DNA from: Squalus acanthias | Lineage: Eukaryota | DNA length: 64,000 nucleotides | Reading direction: 5' to 3' | Assembly: GCA_030390025.1 (NCBI GenBank) | Contig: CM059432.1 | Coordinates: 78,246,001 to 78,310,000 of the forward strand | In this document: piece by piece, positions 35,117 to 47,975 of the stretch | Position numbering within the stretch: position 1 is the first letter of the stretch | How the letters are laid out: every line of letters begins with the position of its first letter | The notes under the pieces: model-generated | Databases searched by the model: none | The model's input: the letters and a program-made list of their open reading frames with translations, nothing else | Told to the model about the DNA's origin: nothing | Position numbers and translations under genes: made by a program

Positions 35117-37650
35117 GAATCATAGGAATTTACAGCACAGAAGGAGGCAATTTGGCCCATCTTGTCTGTGCCGGCCGACAAAGAGCTATCCCCCCTAATC
35201 CAACTTTCCAGCACTTGGTCCGTAGCCTTGGAGGTCATGGCACTTCAAGTGCATATCTAAGTACTTTTTAAATGTGATGAGGGTCTCTGCCTCTACCACC
35301 CTTTCAGGCCGTGAGTTCCAGACCCCCACCACCGTCTGGATGAAAAAATTTCTCCTCAAATCCCCTCTAAACCTCCGGTCTGTACTGGTTTTGGCGTGTG
35401 AAGTCCAAGTACAGATCGACTCTGACTGAGGCTCCCAGTTCAGAGTTGTCACCTTCACCTAGAACTTGAGTACAAACCAGAGTCCAAGGAGATAGGGAGT
35501 GAGATAGAATCATAGAATCTTACAGTGCAGAAGGAGGCCATTCGGCTCATCACGCCACTTTGAAAGAGCTGTCCAATTTAGTCCCACACCCCAGCTTTAT
35601 CCCCATAACTCTGCAAATTAGTCCTCTTCAAGTATATGTCCAATTACCCTTTAAAAGTTCCTATGGAATCTGATTCCACCAACCTTTCAGATAGTGCGTT
35701 CCAGATCTTAACAATCCTCTGTGTGAAGAAATTTCTCTTCATTTTCCTTCTAGTTCTTTTGCCACTTATTTTAAACCTCTGGTAACCGACTTGCTCTATC
35801 AAAACCCTTCATAGTTTTGAATACCTCTATTAGGTCTCCCCTTAACCTTCTCTGGTCTAAGGAGAACAATCCCAGCTCCTACAATCTCTCCACATAACTG
35901 AAGTCCCTCATCCCCAGTATTATCCCAGTAAACCTCCTCTGTACCCTCTCCAAGGCCTTGACATCCTTCCTAAAGTGTGAATTGTCCAGTTGAGGCCTAA
36001 CCAGAGATTTGTAAAGGTTTAGCATGACTTGTTTTTGTATTCAATGCCCCTATTTACAAAGCCAAGTATCCCATACGCTTTCTTAACCCCTTCTCAAATT
36101 GCCCTGCCACCGGTGGATGTGGTATATTTAGATTTTCAGAAGGCATTTGATAAGGTACCACACAAGAGGTTATTAAACAAAATGAGGACTCATGGGATTG
36201 GGGGTAATATACTAGCATGGATTGAGGATTGATTAATGGACAGAAAACAGAAAGTAGGAATAAACGAGTCATTTTCGGGTTGGCAGGCTGTAACTAGTTG
36301 GGTACTGCAAGGATCAGTGCTTGGGCATTTGGATGAGGGGACCAAATGTAATATATCCAAGTTTGCTGATGATACAAAGCTGGGTGGGAATGCAAGTTGT
36401 GAGGAGGATGCAAAGTGGCTTCAAGGGGATATAGACAAGCTAAGTGAGTGGGCAAAAACATGGCAAATGGAATATAATGTGGAGAAATGTGAAGTTATCC
36501 AATTTGGTAGGAAAAATAGAAAAGCAAGAGTATTTTTTAAATGGTGAGAGATTGGGAAATGTTGGTGTTCAGAGGGACCTGGGTGTCCTTGTACACAAAT
36601 CACTCAAAGTTAACATGCAGGTACAGCAAGCAATTAGGAAAGCAAATGGTATGTTGGCCTTTATTACAAGAGGATTTGAGTATAGGAGTAAAGACGTCTT
36701 ACTGCAATTATATAGGGCCCTGGTGAGACCACACCTGGAGTATTGTGTACAGTTTTGGTCTCCTTACCTAAGGAAGGATATACTTGCCATAGAGGGAGCG
36801 CAACGAAGGTTCACCAGACTGATTCCTGGGATGGGGGAATTGTCCTATGAGGAGAGATTGAGTAGACCAGGCCTATATTCTCTAGAGTTTAGAAGAATGA
36901 GAGGTGATCTCTTCGAAACATACAAAATTCTTACAGGGCTTGACAGGGTAGATGCAGGGAGGATGTTTCCCCTGGCTGGGGGGTCTAGAACCAGGGGTCA
37001 CAGTCTCAGAATAAGTGGTTGGCCATTCAGGACTGAGATGAGGAGAAATTTCTTCACTCAGAGGGTGGTGAATCTTTGGAATTCTCTACCCCAAAGGGCT
37101 GTGGAGGCTCAGTCGTTGAGTATATTCAAGACAGAGATTGATAGATTTTTGGATATTAAGGGAATCAAGGGATATGGGGATAGTATAGGAAAGTGGAGTT
37201 GAGGTAGAAGATCAGCCATGATCTTATTGAATGGCGGAGCAGGCTCGAGAGGCCAAATGGCCACTCCTGCTCCTATTTCTTATGTTCTTCAAAGATTTTG
37301 AATATGCACCCCCAGGTCCCTCTGTTGTTGCACATCCCTTCCTCAAAATAGTACCATTTAGATTATACTGCCTCTCCATTTTGTTTTTCCCAAAGTGCAT
37401 CACTTCACACTTATCCACATTTAATTGTGTCTGCCCATTTCACCAGTTTGTCTATGTCCTCCCGAAGTCTGCTACTATCATACTCACTATTTATTATGTT
37501 GCTAAGTTTTGTATCGTCTGCAAACTTTGAAATTGTACTCCCTATACTCAAATCCAGGTCATTTATATATATAAAACAAGGAAAGCAATGGTCCTAATAC
37601 CGACTCCTGGGGGACCCCACTGCTTTCTTCTCTCCAGTCAGAAAAACATG
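35117..37650 (-). mobile_element. Older CR1 fragments (35117-35375, 35507-36108, 37288-37650)
   Basis: Minus-strand CR1 3' ends and RT remnants; 35507-36108 and 37288-37650 are continuous on either side of a nested + strand CR1. Confidence 0.7.
36109..37287 (+). mobile_element. CR1 LINE 3' portion (RT to tail), nested
   Basis: VDVVYLDFQKAFDKVPH, ISKFADDTKLGG, a 252-aa C-terminal ORF and the 3'UTR. Confidence 0.9.
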
Positions 37651-38829
37651 CAATAACATTTGCAGATGTCACATGATCAGGTGTCACACAAGCAAATGTC
37701 ACGCGGTCAGAACGTCATGGGACCAAACCTCCGGGAATACATCCAACCAGAGTGGGCAACACTAGCCCCCCTGTAGGTTTTCATGCTCCCCTCCAACATA
37801 GCTGTCCTGCTTTAACAAATGGCACATCTAGCTCATCTTTCTATTGGTACTGCCCCAAACAGCATCCAACTGCCTCTTGAACTATACCAATTTTTAATTC
37901 CACTATCTTACCTAGAACACCATTCCAAGCATTACTCATTACATGAATAGATGCTCCCTGACTTTCTTGCTGAACTTATTGTTTATCAGTATAGCGCTGG
38001 TTACTTGTGTATCTTACGAGGGATTTGATTACTGAAGTTTCCAAAGAATTTTCATTCTTGACCCAACATCCTTTCATTGCTGGCGGGCAAGGTTCCCCAC
38101 TGATAACGCAAACTTGGAAAATTATCCACATGGTCTTCCACAGCTTGCTGCTACTCCAATCAAGTCCATAGTGAGGTCTCTGTTCACGATGATATTGTGT
38201 AGCATGCTGCTATAATTTTGTCAACCTTCTCCAGGGTACACTGTAAGACACTCACTAAACTGCTAATTGTTTTGCCGATTTAATGTTGTAAGACTCCCAG
38301 TGACTGGGCAAAGCATCTAAAATATTGTTTTGCCACTCTAAATGTCTGCCTGGTTCACTCTGTGCCTCATTGCATTGGCTATCTGCTTGGGCACAGTGGT
38401 TGTGCAAAAGTGTCATTAGCCGTGATTGCACCTGTAGCACATACATCCAACCCTCTCATTCAAAGTGTTGTGTGATGTTTAGTTGCTCTGGAATGAAAAT
38501 GCAGTGGTCAAGAAATTTGATTTGCGCCCAAGACAAATTTGAGGCCCAAGACAAATCTGGCTTTGGGCCTTATTTAAATACCATCGGCGAGGCGCAGGCG
38601 CCAAATGGGCACCCTTGCGGCAGCTCGCCAGTCGGGAGGGTGGATAATTAGCCAGCTTCTACGCTGAGCCGGCCAGCGGGTTGGGTCTGGGGTGGGGAGG
38701 CAATCCCGTGGGGGCGTCAAACGCATCAGCAATGGGGTGGTATTTTTTCCAATGTTCAACTATTCCAATGCTTTTCTGGCCGGCCTCCAATCCTGCACCC
38801 TCCATAAACCTCAGCTCATCCAAAACAGG

Positions 38830-39400
38830 TCCTTACACTCACTACCACATTGAGGCAGGGTTCCAGAAGCAGCTGAAGACTGGAGCTGCTTTCATAGACT
38901 TGTCGTCGGTATACGACACTGACTGATGTGAAGGTCTGCTACGGAAGCTTTCAGTAAACATCCAATGCCGCAAGACTCTCAGGTTTATCAACACCCTAAC
39001 GAGCAACTGTAAGTTCCGCATCTATCTTGGTGTCAAGACCAGCCGAACACAGAAGCTCAACAACGGTCTACTACACGGGTCGGTGCTCGCACAGCCCTTT
39101 TTCAACATCTATACGGTGGACATGCCCCGCACCAAATCCCGGAATTTTGCGATATGCCGATGACTTAGCACTGCTGATGCAGGCATCAATGCTAGAGGAA
39201 GCAAGTAGGACACTAACAAGTGACCTGGACCTATTGGAATGCTAATTCTGGACCTGGCACCTCCGCCCCAATCCAGAGAAGACAGTTGTGTCGGCGTTCC
39301 AACTGAACCACAACGCCGCCGGGAAAGAACTCAACGTTTCCTTCTGCGGAAGGTGACTTACCCATGAACCCCACCCAAAATACCTGGGCATCACCCTGGC
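38830..39400 (+). mobile_element. Vingi/Ingi-like LINE RT fragment
   Basis: TGAAFIDLSSVYDT, GSVLAQP.FNIY, YADDLALL, WHLRPNPEKTVVSAFQLN and PKYLGITL motifs, unlike the CR1 and L2 copies here. Clade is inferred from recalled motifs. Confidence 0.55.
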
Positions 39401-39471
39401 AGCTGTGCCTTCAGTCACCTAGGACCCATGCTCTGGAATTACTCTCCTAAGCCTGTCCACCTCCCTATCCT

Positions 39472-42400
39472 TGAGCAGAGCCAGCGGACCTGGGCGGAAC
39501 CGGAGCGGCAGCGGGACCAGAATAAAGAGCGCGGTGAGAGGAGGCCTGAGAGCAGAGCCAGCGGGGGAGGAGCAGTGAGGCTCCGATTCAATAACAAAAA
39601 ATCTAAGTGTGACGTCACAGGTAAGCAGATAGGTGATTGGTGGTGAGTATTTCTTTTCTCTTAGGACTGAGGGCTAAGTTACAGTAAAGACCTGTAGCAT
39701 ATAACTAAATTTATAACTAACTAAACTTATTTTAATAAATTAAACAAGGTTACTACCTAGTTTACCTAGATTAAAAACTATAAATAGACAATTGATTGAT
39801 ATTGACGTAATTAATTAAATAAAATACAATAGAGATGGCAAGGCAGGTGATGTGTTGCAGCTGAAGCATGTGGGAGCTGGTGGACACCAATGTGATCCAG
39901 GGCGACCACATCTGCAGTAAGTGTCTGCAGCTCAAGCAACTTCGGCTCAGAGTTGATGAGTTGGAGTCCGAGCTGCAGTCATTGCGATACATCAGGGAGG
40001 GAGAAAGTTACCTGGACACTTTGTTCCAGGATGCAGTTACACCCCTTAGGTTAAATACTTCAGATTTGGCCCGTGGTCAGGGACAGGAGTGTGTGACTGC
40101 GAGTGAGGCAGGTATGGGGATCCAGGAGGTAGCATTGGAGGAGCCTCAGCCCTTGCAGTTGTCCAACAGTTATGAGGTTCTTGCAACCTGTGTGGACGAG
40201 AGCAGGGACTGCAGGGAGGATGAGCAAACTGACCATGGCACCATGGTACAGGGGGCCATTCAAGTGGGGAGTGTAAAAAGGAATGTCGTAGTGGTAGGAG
40301 ACAGTATAGTTAGGGGGATAGATACTGTTCTCTGCAGCCGAGAGCGTGAATCCCGAAGGCTGTGTTGCCTGCCAGGGTTAAGGACATCTCCTCGGGGCTG
40401 GAGAGGAACTTGGAGTGGGAGGGGAAGGATCCAGTTGTCGTGGTCCACATAGGAACCAACGACATAGGTAAGACTAAGAAAGAGGTTCTGCTGAGGGAGT
40501 ATGAGCAGCTAGGGTCTAAATTAAAAAGCAGAACCACAAAGGTAATAATCTCTGGATTACTACCTGAGCCACGAGCAAATTGGCATAGGGTCAATAAGAT
40601 TGCGTTGATAGGGTTGAATGCGTGGCTCAAGGATTGGTGTGGGAGAAATGGGTTTTGACTCATGGGGCACTGGCACCAGTACTGGGGAAAGAGGGAGCTG
40701 TTCCGTTGGGACGGCCTTCACTTGAACCACGCTGGGACCAGTGTCCTGGTGAATCAAATAACTTGGACTGTAGATAGGGCTTTAAACTAAATAGTAGGGG
40801 GGAGGGTTCAAGTGAGGGGAAATTTAGAAAGTTAAAGAGAAAGGACAGGGCAATAGGGCAATATGGGCATTGAGTGTGATGGGAAGGGACAGAGCGTACA
40901 AACATAAGAGTGCACCAGCAAATAAGGTCAGAGTAGGGAAAAATGATAAAAAGACAAAATTAAAGGCTCTTTATCTGAACGCACGCAGCATTCATAACAA
41001 GATAGATGAATTGATGGCACAAATAGAAATAAATGGGTATGATCTAATAGCCATCACAGAGACATGGTTGCAATGTGACCAAGGCTGGGAACTGAATATT
41101 CAGGGGTATTTGACATTTCGGAAGGATAGACAGAAAGGAAAAGGAGGTGGGGTAGCTCTGTTAATAAAGGATGAGATCAGTACAATAGTGAGAAATGATC
41201 TTGGCTCGGAAGTTGCAGATGTAGAATCAATTTGGGTGGAGGTAAGAAATAGTAAGGGAAAGAAGGCACTGGTGGGAGTATTTTATAGGCCCCCTAACAG
41301 TAGCTACACTATAGGACAGAGTATAAATCAAGAAATAATGGGGGCTTGTAAGAAAGGTACTGCAATAATCGTGGGTGATTTTAATCTTCATATAGATTGG
41401 ACAAATCAAATTGGCAAAAGCAGCCTTGAGGACGAGTTCATAGAGTGTATTTGGGACAGTTTCTTGGAACAATACATTGTGGCACCAACCAGGGAACAGG
41501 CTATTTTAGATCTGGTAATGTGTAATGAAACAGGATTAATTAATGATCTCATAGTAAAGGATCCTTAGGGAAGAGTGATCATGACATGTAGAATTCCACA
41601 TTCAGTTTGAAGATGAGAAACTTGGGTCTGAAACTAGAGTATTAAACTTAAATAAAGGCAATTACAAAGGTATGAGGAGAGAGTTGGCTAAAGTGGACTG
41701 GGACAATAGATTAGAAGGTAAGATGGTAGAAAAGCAATGGCAGACATTTAAAGAGATATTTCATGACTCTCAACAAAGATATATTTCAGTGAGAAAGAAA
41801 GACTCAAAGGGAAGGATGAACCAACCATGGCTAACCAAGGAAGTTAAGGATGGTATCAAATTGAAAGAAAAGGCATACAATGTTGCAAAGATTAGTGGTA
41901 GGCCAGAAGATTGGGAAAATTTTAGAAACCAGCAAAGGATGACTAAAAAAAATAATAAAGAGGGAGAAAATAGCTTATAAGAGTAAACTAGCAAGAAATA
42001 TAAAAACTGACAGTAAGAGCTTCTACAAGTATATAAAAAGGAAGAGAGTAGCTAAAGTAAACATTGGTCCCTTAGAGGACAAGACTGGGGAAATAATAAT
42101 GGGAAACAAGGAAATGGCAGAGACTTTGAACACATTTTTTGTATCTGTCTTCACAGTAGAGGACACTAAAAACATCCCAGTAATAGTAGAAAATCAAGGG
42201 GCAAAAGGGAGGGAGCAACTTAAAACAATCACTATCACTAGAGAAAAAGTGCTAGGCAAACTTATGGGTCTAAAGGCTGACAAGTCCCCTTGACCTGATG
42301 GCCTGCATCCTAAGGTCTTAAAAGAAGTGGCTACAGAGATAATGGATGCATTGGTTGTGATCTTCCAAAATTCCCTTGACTCTGGAAAAGTCCCAGCGGA

Positions 42401-43049
42401 TTGGAAAACTGCAAATGTAACGCCCTTATTCAAAAAAGGAGGGAGACAGAAAGCAGGAAACTATAGGCCAGTTAGCCTAACATCTGTCATTGGCAAAATG
42501 CTCGAATCCATTACTAAGGAAGTAGTAGCAGGGCATTTAGAAAATCATAATACAATCAAACAGAGTCAACATGGTTTTATGAAAGGTAAATCGTGTTTGA
42601 CAAATCTATTAGAGTTCTTTGAGGAGGTAACGAGCAGGGTGGATAAAGGGGAACCAGTAGATGTAGTGTATTTGGATTTCCAAAAGGCATTCGACAAGGT
42701 GCCACATAAAAGGTTACTGCATAAGATAAGAGCTCATGGTGTTGGGGGTAATATATTAGATTGGATAGAGGATTGGCTAACTAACAGAAAATAGTGAGCC
42801 GGGATAAATGGATCATTTTCAGGATGGCAATCTGTAACTAGTGGGGTGCCACAGGGATCAGTGCTGGGGCCTCAATTATTTTCAATCTATATTAATGACT
42901 TGGTTGAAGGAAGCGAGTGTAATGTAGCCAAATTTGCAGACGATACAAAGATAGGTGGGAAAGTAAAGTGTGAGGATGACATAAAGAGTCTGCAAAGGGA
43001 TATAAATAGATTAAGTGAGTGGGCAAGAATTTGGCAGATGGAGTATAAT
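39472..43049 (+). mobile_element. CR1 LINE with intact 5' end (5'UTR, ORF1 ZnF/coiled coil/SGNH esterase, ORF2 APE-RT), 3'-truncated
   Basis: ORF1 CSKC, VVVGDSIVRG, VHIGTND and DGLHLN; ORF2 YLNARSI, ITETW, GDFN and KFADDTK; ends abruptly after WQMEYN. Confidence 0.9.
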
Positions 43050-43899
43050 GGCCTGGGCTCACCTCTGCCACCAGATCTGTGGGCAGGAATTCACCTGTGC
43101 TGAATTTTGTGATGGCAGTCACTCCCCCTAATTTAAATAGGCTGCAGACACAGGAAAAACTTGCCCAAGACCAGGGCTTGTAATACATTTGGGTACTAAA
43201 TCCAGCAAGGCAGCAGCTCTTAAAGGGTGCAGCATGGCATAAAAGAGAAAGTTGTGGTGGTGTCAGAAAAGTGGACTTATTGTTCACAGTGACATATGGG
43301 TAACATTGGAGGGTTCTCGCAAAATCAGGGCTAATGCCTTAGAAGGGATATTTTGCATGCCAGTCAATGATGTGTACCCTCTACAGCACATGCAAAAGCA
43401 ACTTCAAATCAGCAGCCACGTCTCATAAAACTTACTTGTGATTTGAATTTTCACAAAATGATTCGTCATAGTTCGAATATACCTTTAAAACACTTTAAAA
43501 TTTAAATACTTATTAATTTTTCATTTTTTTGCAAAGCAATATGCATAAAGTATTTAAATATTATTATTAGGAGACATTTCATATTTTTACATTTAAACCA
43601 AAAGTGATACTATAGTCTGCTGAATCAGTATGATAAATACTTACTACGTATAGTATCTCTCTGCTATTTAAAACTTTTGGCTTGGCTCTAGGTTTGAGTG
43701 AGCCTGTGCAGAACTGTCAAGGTTGTTAGCACTCACTGTCATGATACCAAGATATTTTAATAAAACACAATTTGCATATTAGTTCACTGCTGTCTTGGGG
43801 GGCTGTGAATTTGGCAAAAGTTATTACGTGAAGTTCTATTTGACGTTGTTTGGTTCAATTTGGGTTAAAGAACATTTCTTTCTGAATGTCAGTGTCCAG

Positions 43900-44060
43900 A
43901 GAAGCAGCTGTTTTGGATGTGAGTGCTGACAGGTGTAAGTTTGGGGAGACAGAGAGAAGATAGACAGCAGCTCTGGCAGTCAGTCTCATTCAGTGGCAGT
44001 TTCATATAAGGACATAGCGATGCACAGCAAACATAGCAACGCCTGACGTACTGCTGCTAA
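43900..44060 (+). promoter_or_regulatory. Putative muscle-type promoter of the TRIM55-like gene
   Basis: E-boxes CAGCTG 43905-43910 and CAGGTG 43930-43935, CArG-like TCATATAAGG 44002-44011 (one mismatch) and TGACGT 44044, all within ~350 bp of the ATG. Motif-level evidence only. Confidence 0.4.
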
Positions 44061-44246
44061 AAACAACATCAAACCCACCAACCCAATTCAAGGCAATGTT
44101 ACCCATGCAGAAACATCAAGAAGCGTTCTAATCAATCAGGTCACAACCTCAGTCCGAGTCAGGAAGAAAGGAAAAGGAGAAGCTGGAGCGGTTTAATTTC
44201 TGAAAGTAACTTTAAGAGTTAGCCCTGATCTCGGAAACTTTCTGAC

Positions 44247-44411
44247 ATGACTTCCATGGACTACAACCTTTTGTGCAATGACCGGCAAACCATGGACAAC
44301 TTGGAAAAGCAGCTGATTTGCCCGATCTGTTTAGAAATGTTTTCCAAACCAGTTGTTATTCTCCCATGTCAGCATAACCTGTGCCGGAAGTGTGCGAATG
44401 ACATGTTTCAG
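44247..44411 (+). CDS. TRIM55: MuRF-family RING E3 ligase (TRIM55-like), coding exon 1
   Basis: [55 protein letters not shown] followed by a gtaagt donor. QTMDNLEK and the DNAJC5B linkage favour TRIM55; FSKP is TRIM54-like, so the paralog call is not certain. Confidence 0.88.
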
Positions 44412-44757
44412 GTAAGTTAACGACTGTCGGGACAGTGTATAAATCACTCGAATGAGAAAGCACTAAATTAACTAATTTGTAGAGCTGTGATCACAATGTG
44501 AGATTTCTCCTGCTGATGTAAAGGAGAGAATGGTCTCCGAGATCAGACAACGGATATTGGGGAACATTTATCCCAGCAAAGGCTGGAGCGGGGTCGGGTG
44601 TTACCCTAAGTTCGGTGCAAGATTTTTTTTCTTACTTAAATTTTTCCAAGGAATTCTATGGAAAAGTAACTCTCTTGTGAGCATGGTTTAAGGAAGCTTT
44701 TTTCAGGAAATTGGAATTGATGAGCAGTGGGGTTGGGAGATTTGGGCCTGTGTTAGG

Positions 44758-45328
44758 GATCCATGCCTTTGTTACCTCTAGACTTGACTATTCCAACGCA
44801 CTCCTGGCCGGCCTCCCATCTTCCACTCTCCATAAACTTAAGCTCATCTAAAACTCTGCTGCCCATATCCTAATTTGCACCAAGTCCCGTTCACCCATCA
44901 CCCCTGTGCTCACTGACCTAAATTGCCTCCAGGTTAAGCAACACCTCTATTTAAAAATTCTCATCCTTGTTTTCAAAGCCCTCCATGGCCTCGCCCCTCC
45001 CTATCTCTGTAACCTCCTCCAGCCCTACAACCCTCCGAGATATCTGCACTCCTCCAATTCTGGCCTCTTGCGCATCCCTGATTTTAATCGCTCCATCATT
45101 GGCGGCCGTGCCTTCAGCTGCTGAGGCCCTAAGTTCTGGAATTCCCTCCCTAACCCTCTCCACCTCTCTACCTCTCTCTCCTCCTTTACGACGCCCCTTA
45201 AAACCTAACTCATCTGCCCTAATATCCCCTTATGTGGCTCAGTGTCAAATTTTGTTTGATAATGCTCCTGTGAAGTGCCTGGGGACATTTTACTACGTTA
45301 AAGGCACTATATAAATGCAAGTTGTTGT
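44758..45328 (+). mobile_element. L2 LINE 3' fragment
   Basis: IHAFVTSRLDYSN...KILILVFKALHGLAPPYL; gttgttgtt tail. Confidence 0.85.
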
Positions 45329-47539
45329 TTTTATTTGCAAATCTCCATTAATAATCATGTGGGTTGATAAAATATACTGTATTTCACCTTACCTTAATGC
45401 TGGGCACTGCATCCCTAACACAGGCCCCAAAATTACCCCGCATTTACATTGGGATTGTACCTGTCAGTGCCCTCCAGTGCTGACTGTGCCAGAGTTACAG
45501 GGTCAGTGAGAAGCACAAGTGCCATTAGAGGTGAATTTCCGGTGCTCGTCTACCCCATACGGATGGAAACTCCACTGCCACCCACCATTAAGGAGTGGGG
45601 ATTGTCCAGGCTTTCAGTCGACCCTAGCCATCTCCTCCTCAGCCCCCTGTGTAAGGGGGATGATCTAGTTTCTTTTCCATTTTCTTGGGCGGCAGAGAGT
45701 CCAGGTCATTTCTTTGGCCTGGAGCCCACCAGTGGGGCCCACTTTTGCCCAGCTGGAGGCCAGCATGACTCAACTCACTGTGCATACTGGCCTCTAAAGA
45801 TGCCAAATCCCAACCAAGCCAATGGAATGGGAACTCTCACAGTGGAGATTCCCTGCCCCTGGCTTTTCTCCCTAATCACATTTGCCTTGCAAGGATTGGG
45901 TTATAGGTTGCGCCCCTTACACAGCAAGTCGAAAACCTCCGTAAATGGAGGAGAACTGGCACAGCTGGTTCTCCGCCATTTTCTGGGGGGGGGTTCCACT
46001 GGTCTTCCACTGTAACTGTGATAAGAAACCGATGGAGCCTTCGAGGAATTTTGCCCCCACTAGTTTTTAAATAGCTTTTTAGTGCAGCCGACAGCTTTCT
46101 CATTGGTTTTATACGAAACCTATTTCAGCCATTAGACCTCAAGCAGGGCCAGAGAAACTCTTATACCCCTGGGCCCATCAGCTTTGTTTCAGCTCACACA
46201 CCTGACACCAAATATTGCAGTAATAATCTATGCAGATGTCAGGAAAAGCGTTATTACTGTAATATTAACCCCACACAAGTAATATAAGCACCTACATGAT
46301 TTTACATAAAAATTTCCAATGCTTAACATATTCTTTTTGTCATATTCTCTCTCTCCTTCCCTCTTTGTCCTTTTTAATTTAATTTTACTGTTATGTAGCT
46401 AATATATCCTATTGCACCTATTCTAACTTTTCTTTTCTGCCTTCCTGCTTCCACTATCCATTTTGAAAGTGAGTGTAACTTTGCAAAAAAGGTACTATTT
46501 GTTTGGTCAAAATCTGTCTCCAAAGGTCAGTTTTCCAGCCAAACAAAAAGCAAAAAATTGACAGGGTCACAGCATAGAGTCTAGTATTTAGTAGCCTCGA
46601 TAGCCCTAGAGTGTCCAGATAGGTAAACTTGTCTATGATGCTTGTAGGATTAATACACTGATCTCTTCCTTATCATATAATCTTTAATGTTGGTGATGTT
46701 ATCAAATGAATGCTTACTGGAGGCGTTAAACCATTTAAAATAAATGGGTTAAAGCATACATTAAATTAATGGAAAGAGGACTTTGCAGAAGCACAGTAAG
46801 TACTCGTATAATTATCTTGCCAACAGTCATTTCTATTCCTAACACCTTTATGTTGAATGTGCACAATAGTTTTTTATTTGTTCTATGTGACATTCGTAGG
46901 AGCTAATGTACCAAGAGGGAGTTGTTAGCAGTAGTGTCAGGAATATACCCATTCTCCAGCTGTTCGTATGTACAGTATGATGAAACTTCTTTACTTTCGA
47001 CAAAAAAATCATTAAAAAGTTAAAAGAGGTTCCTGAAAATGGAGGAGTGTTTCGAAGCCTGCACCAGGCCTAGGATTTGTTTAACATGAGCCAGCTCAGG
47101 AAGCTGCAGCTGTACATTTCCACTCCCTGCAGTTTGACCTGTATTTCCCTGACAGTTCATAGTGTGGGGACAGTTGGCAGAGATACACTATCATGTGTAT
47201 CACTCTGTCTGACTACTGTGGAGGCCAGCAACACCAGCTTAAATGGGTGTGTGCTGAGCGGAAAATAGAGTTCTCTGGAGTGCCTCTGAGAGAGATAGCT
47301 TTATATATTTATGAAAAATAAATTACTTAATTCCTTTACTAATGTTAATCCAATCTGAAATTATAGCAATGTTTTATTAGTTAATTTACTCGATTTAATT
47401 CCAGTGTAAATGGACTTTTATTTTACTATGTATGTCATATATTCCACAAGCTCTCCTTATCCTTGAAAAAATAATCTGACATTCGAAAGGCCAGATAGAG
47501 TACTGTTCAAATTAAAAAAACCACAACTGTTTTCTGTAT

Positions 47540-47975
47540 TTATTAGCTCATTATTACTCTCATTTCTGAGCTAGAAGATTATGGGTTGAAGCCTCACTCC
47601 AGGACTTGAGCATATAATCTAGACTGACTGACACCCTGTTCACAGTTGACGGAGTGCTGCATTACCAGATAGGCCATCTTTAGCACGAGATATTAAACCC
47701 AGCCACAGCCTTTCTGTTCAGGTGGCTGTAAAAATTGCATGCTGCTATTTGAAGAGCAGAGAGTTCTCCTGGTGGCCTGGTCAACATTCCTCCCTGAAAC
47801 AGCATCACCAAAACTGATTAACTGCTCATTCATCTAATTTGTGAGATCTTGCTGTGCACAAATGGGCTGGTATGTTTGCCTACATAATAACAGTGACTAC
47901 ACTTCAAAAGTAATACTTTGGGATTTGTAGCGCTTTGGAATGTGACAAGGTGCTTTATAAATGCAAATTCTTTCT
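47540..47975 (+). mobile_element. Deu-domain SINE (SacSINE1/AmnSINE1-like), diverged
   Basis: Reverse-complement homology to 50310-50756 and 60835-61995; L2-like tail. Confidence 0.6.
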
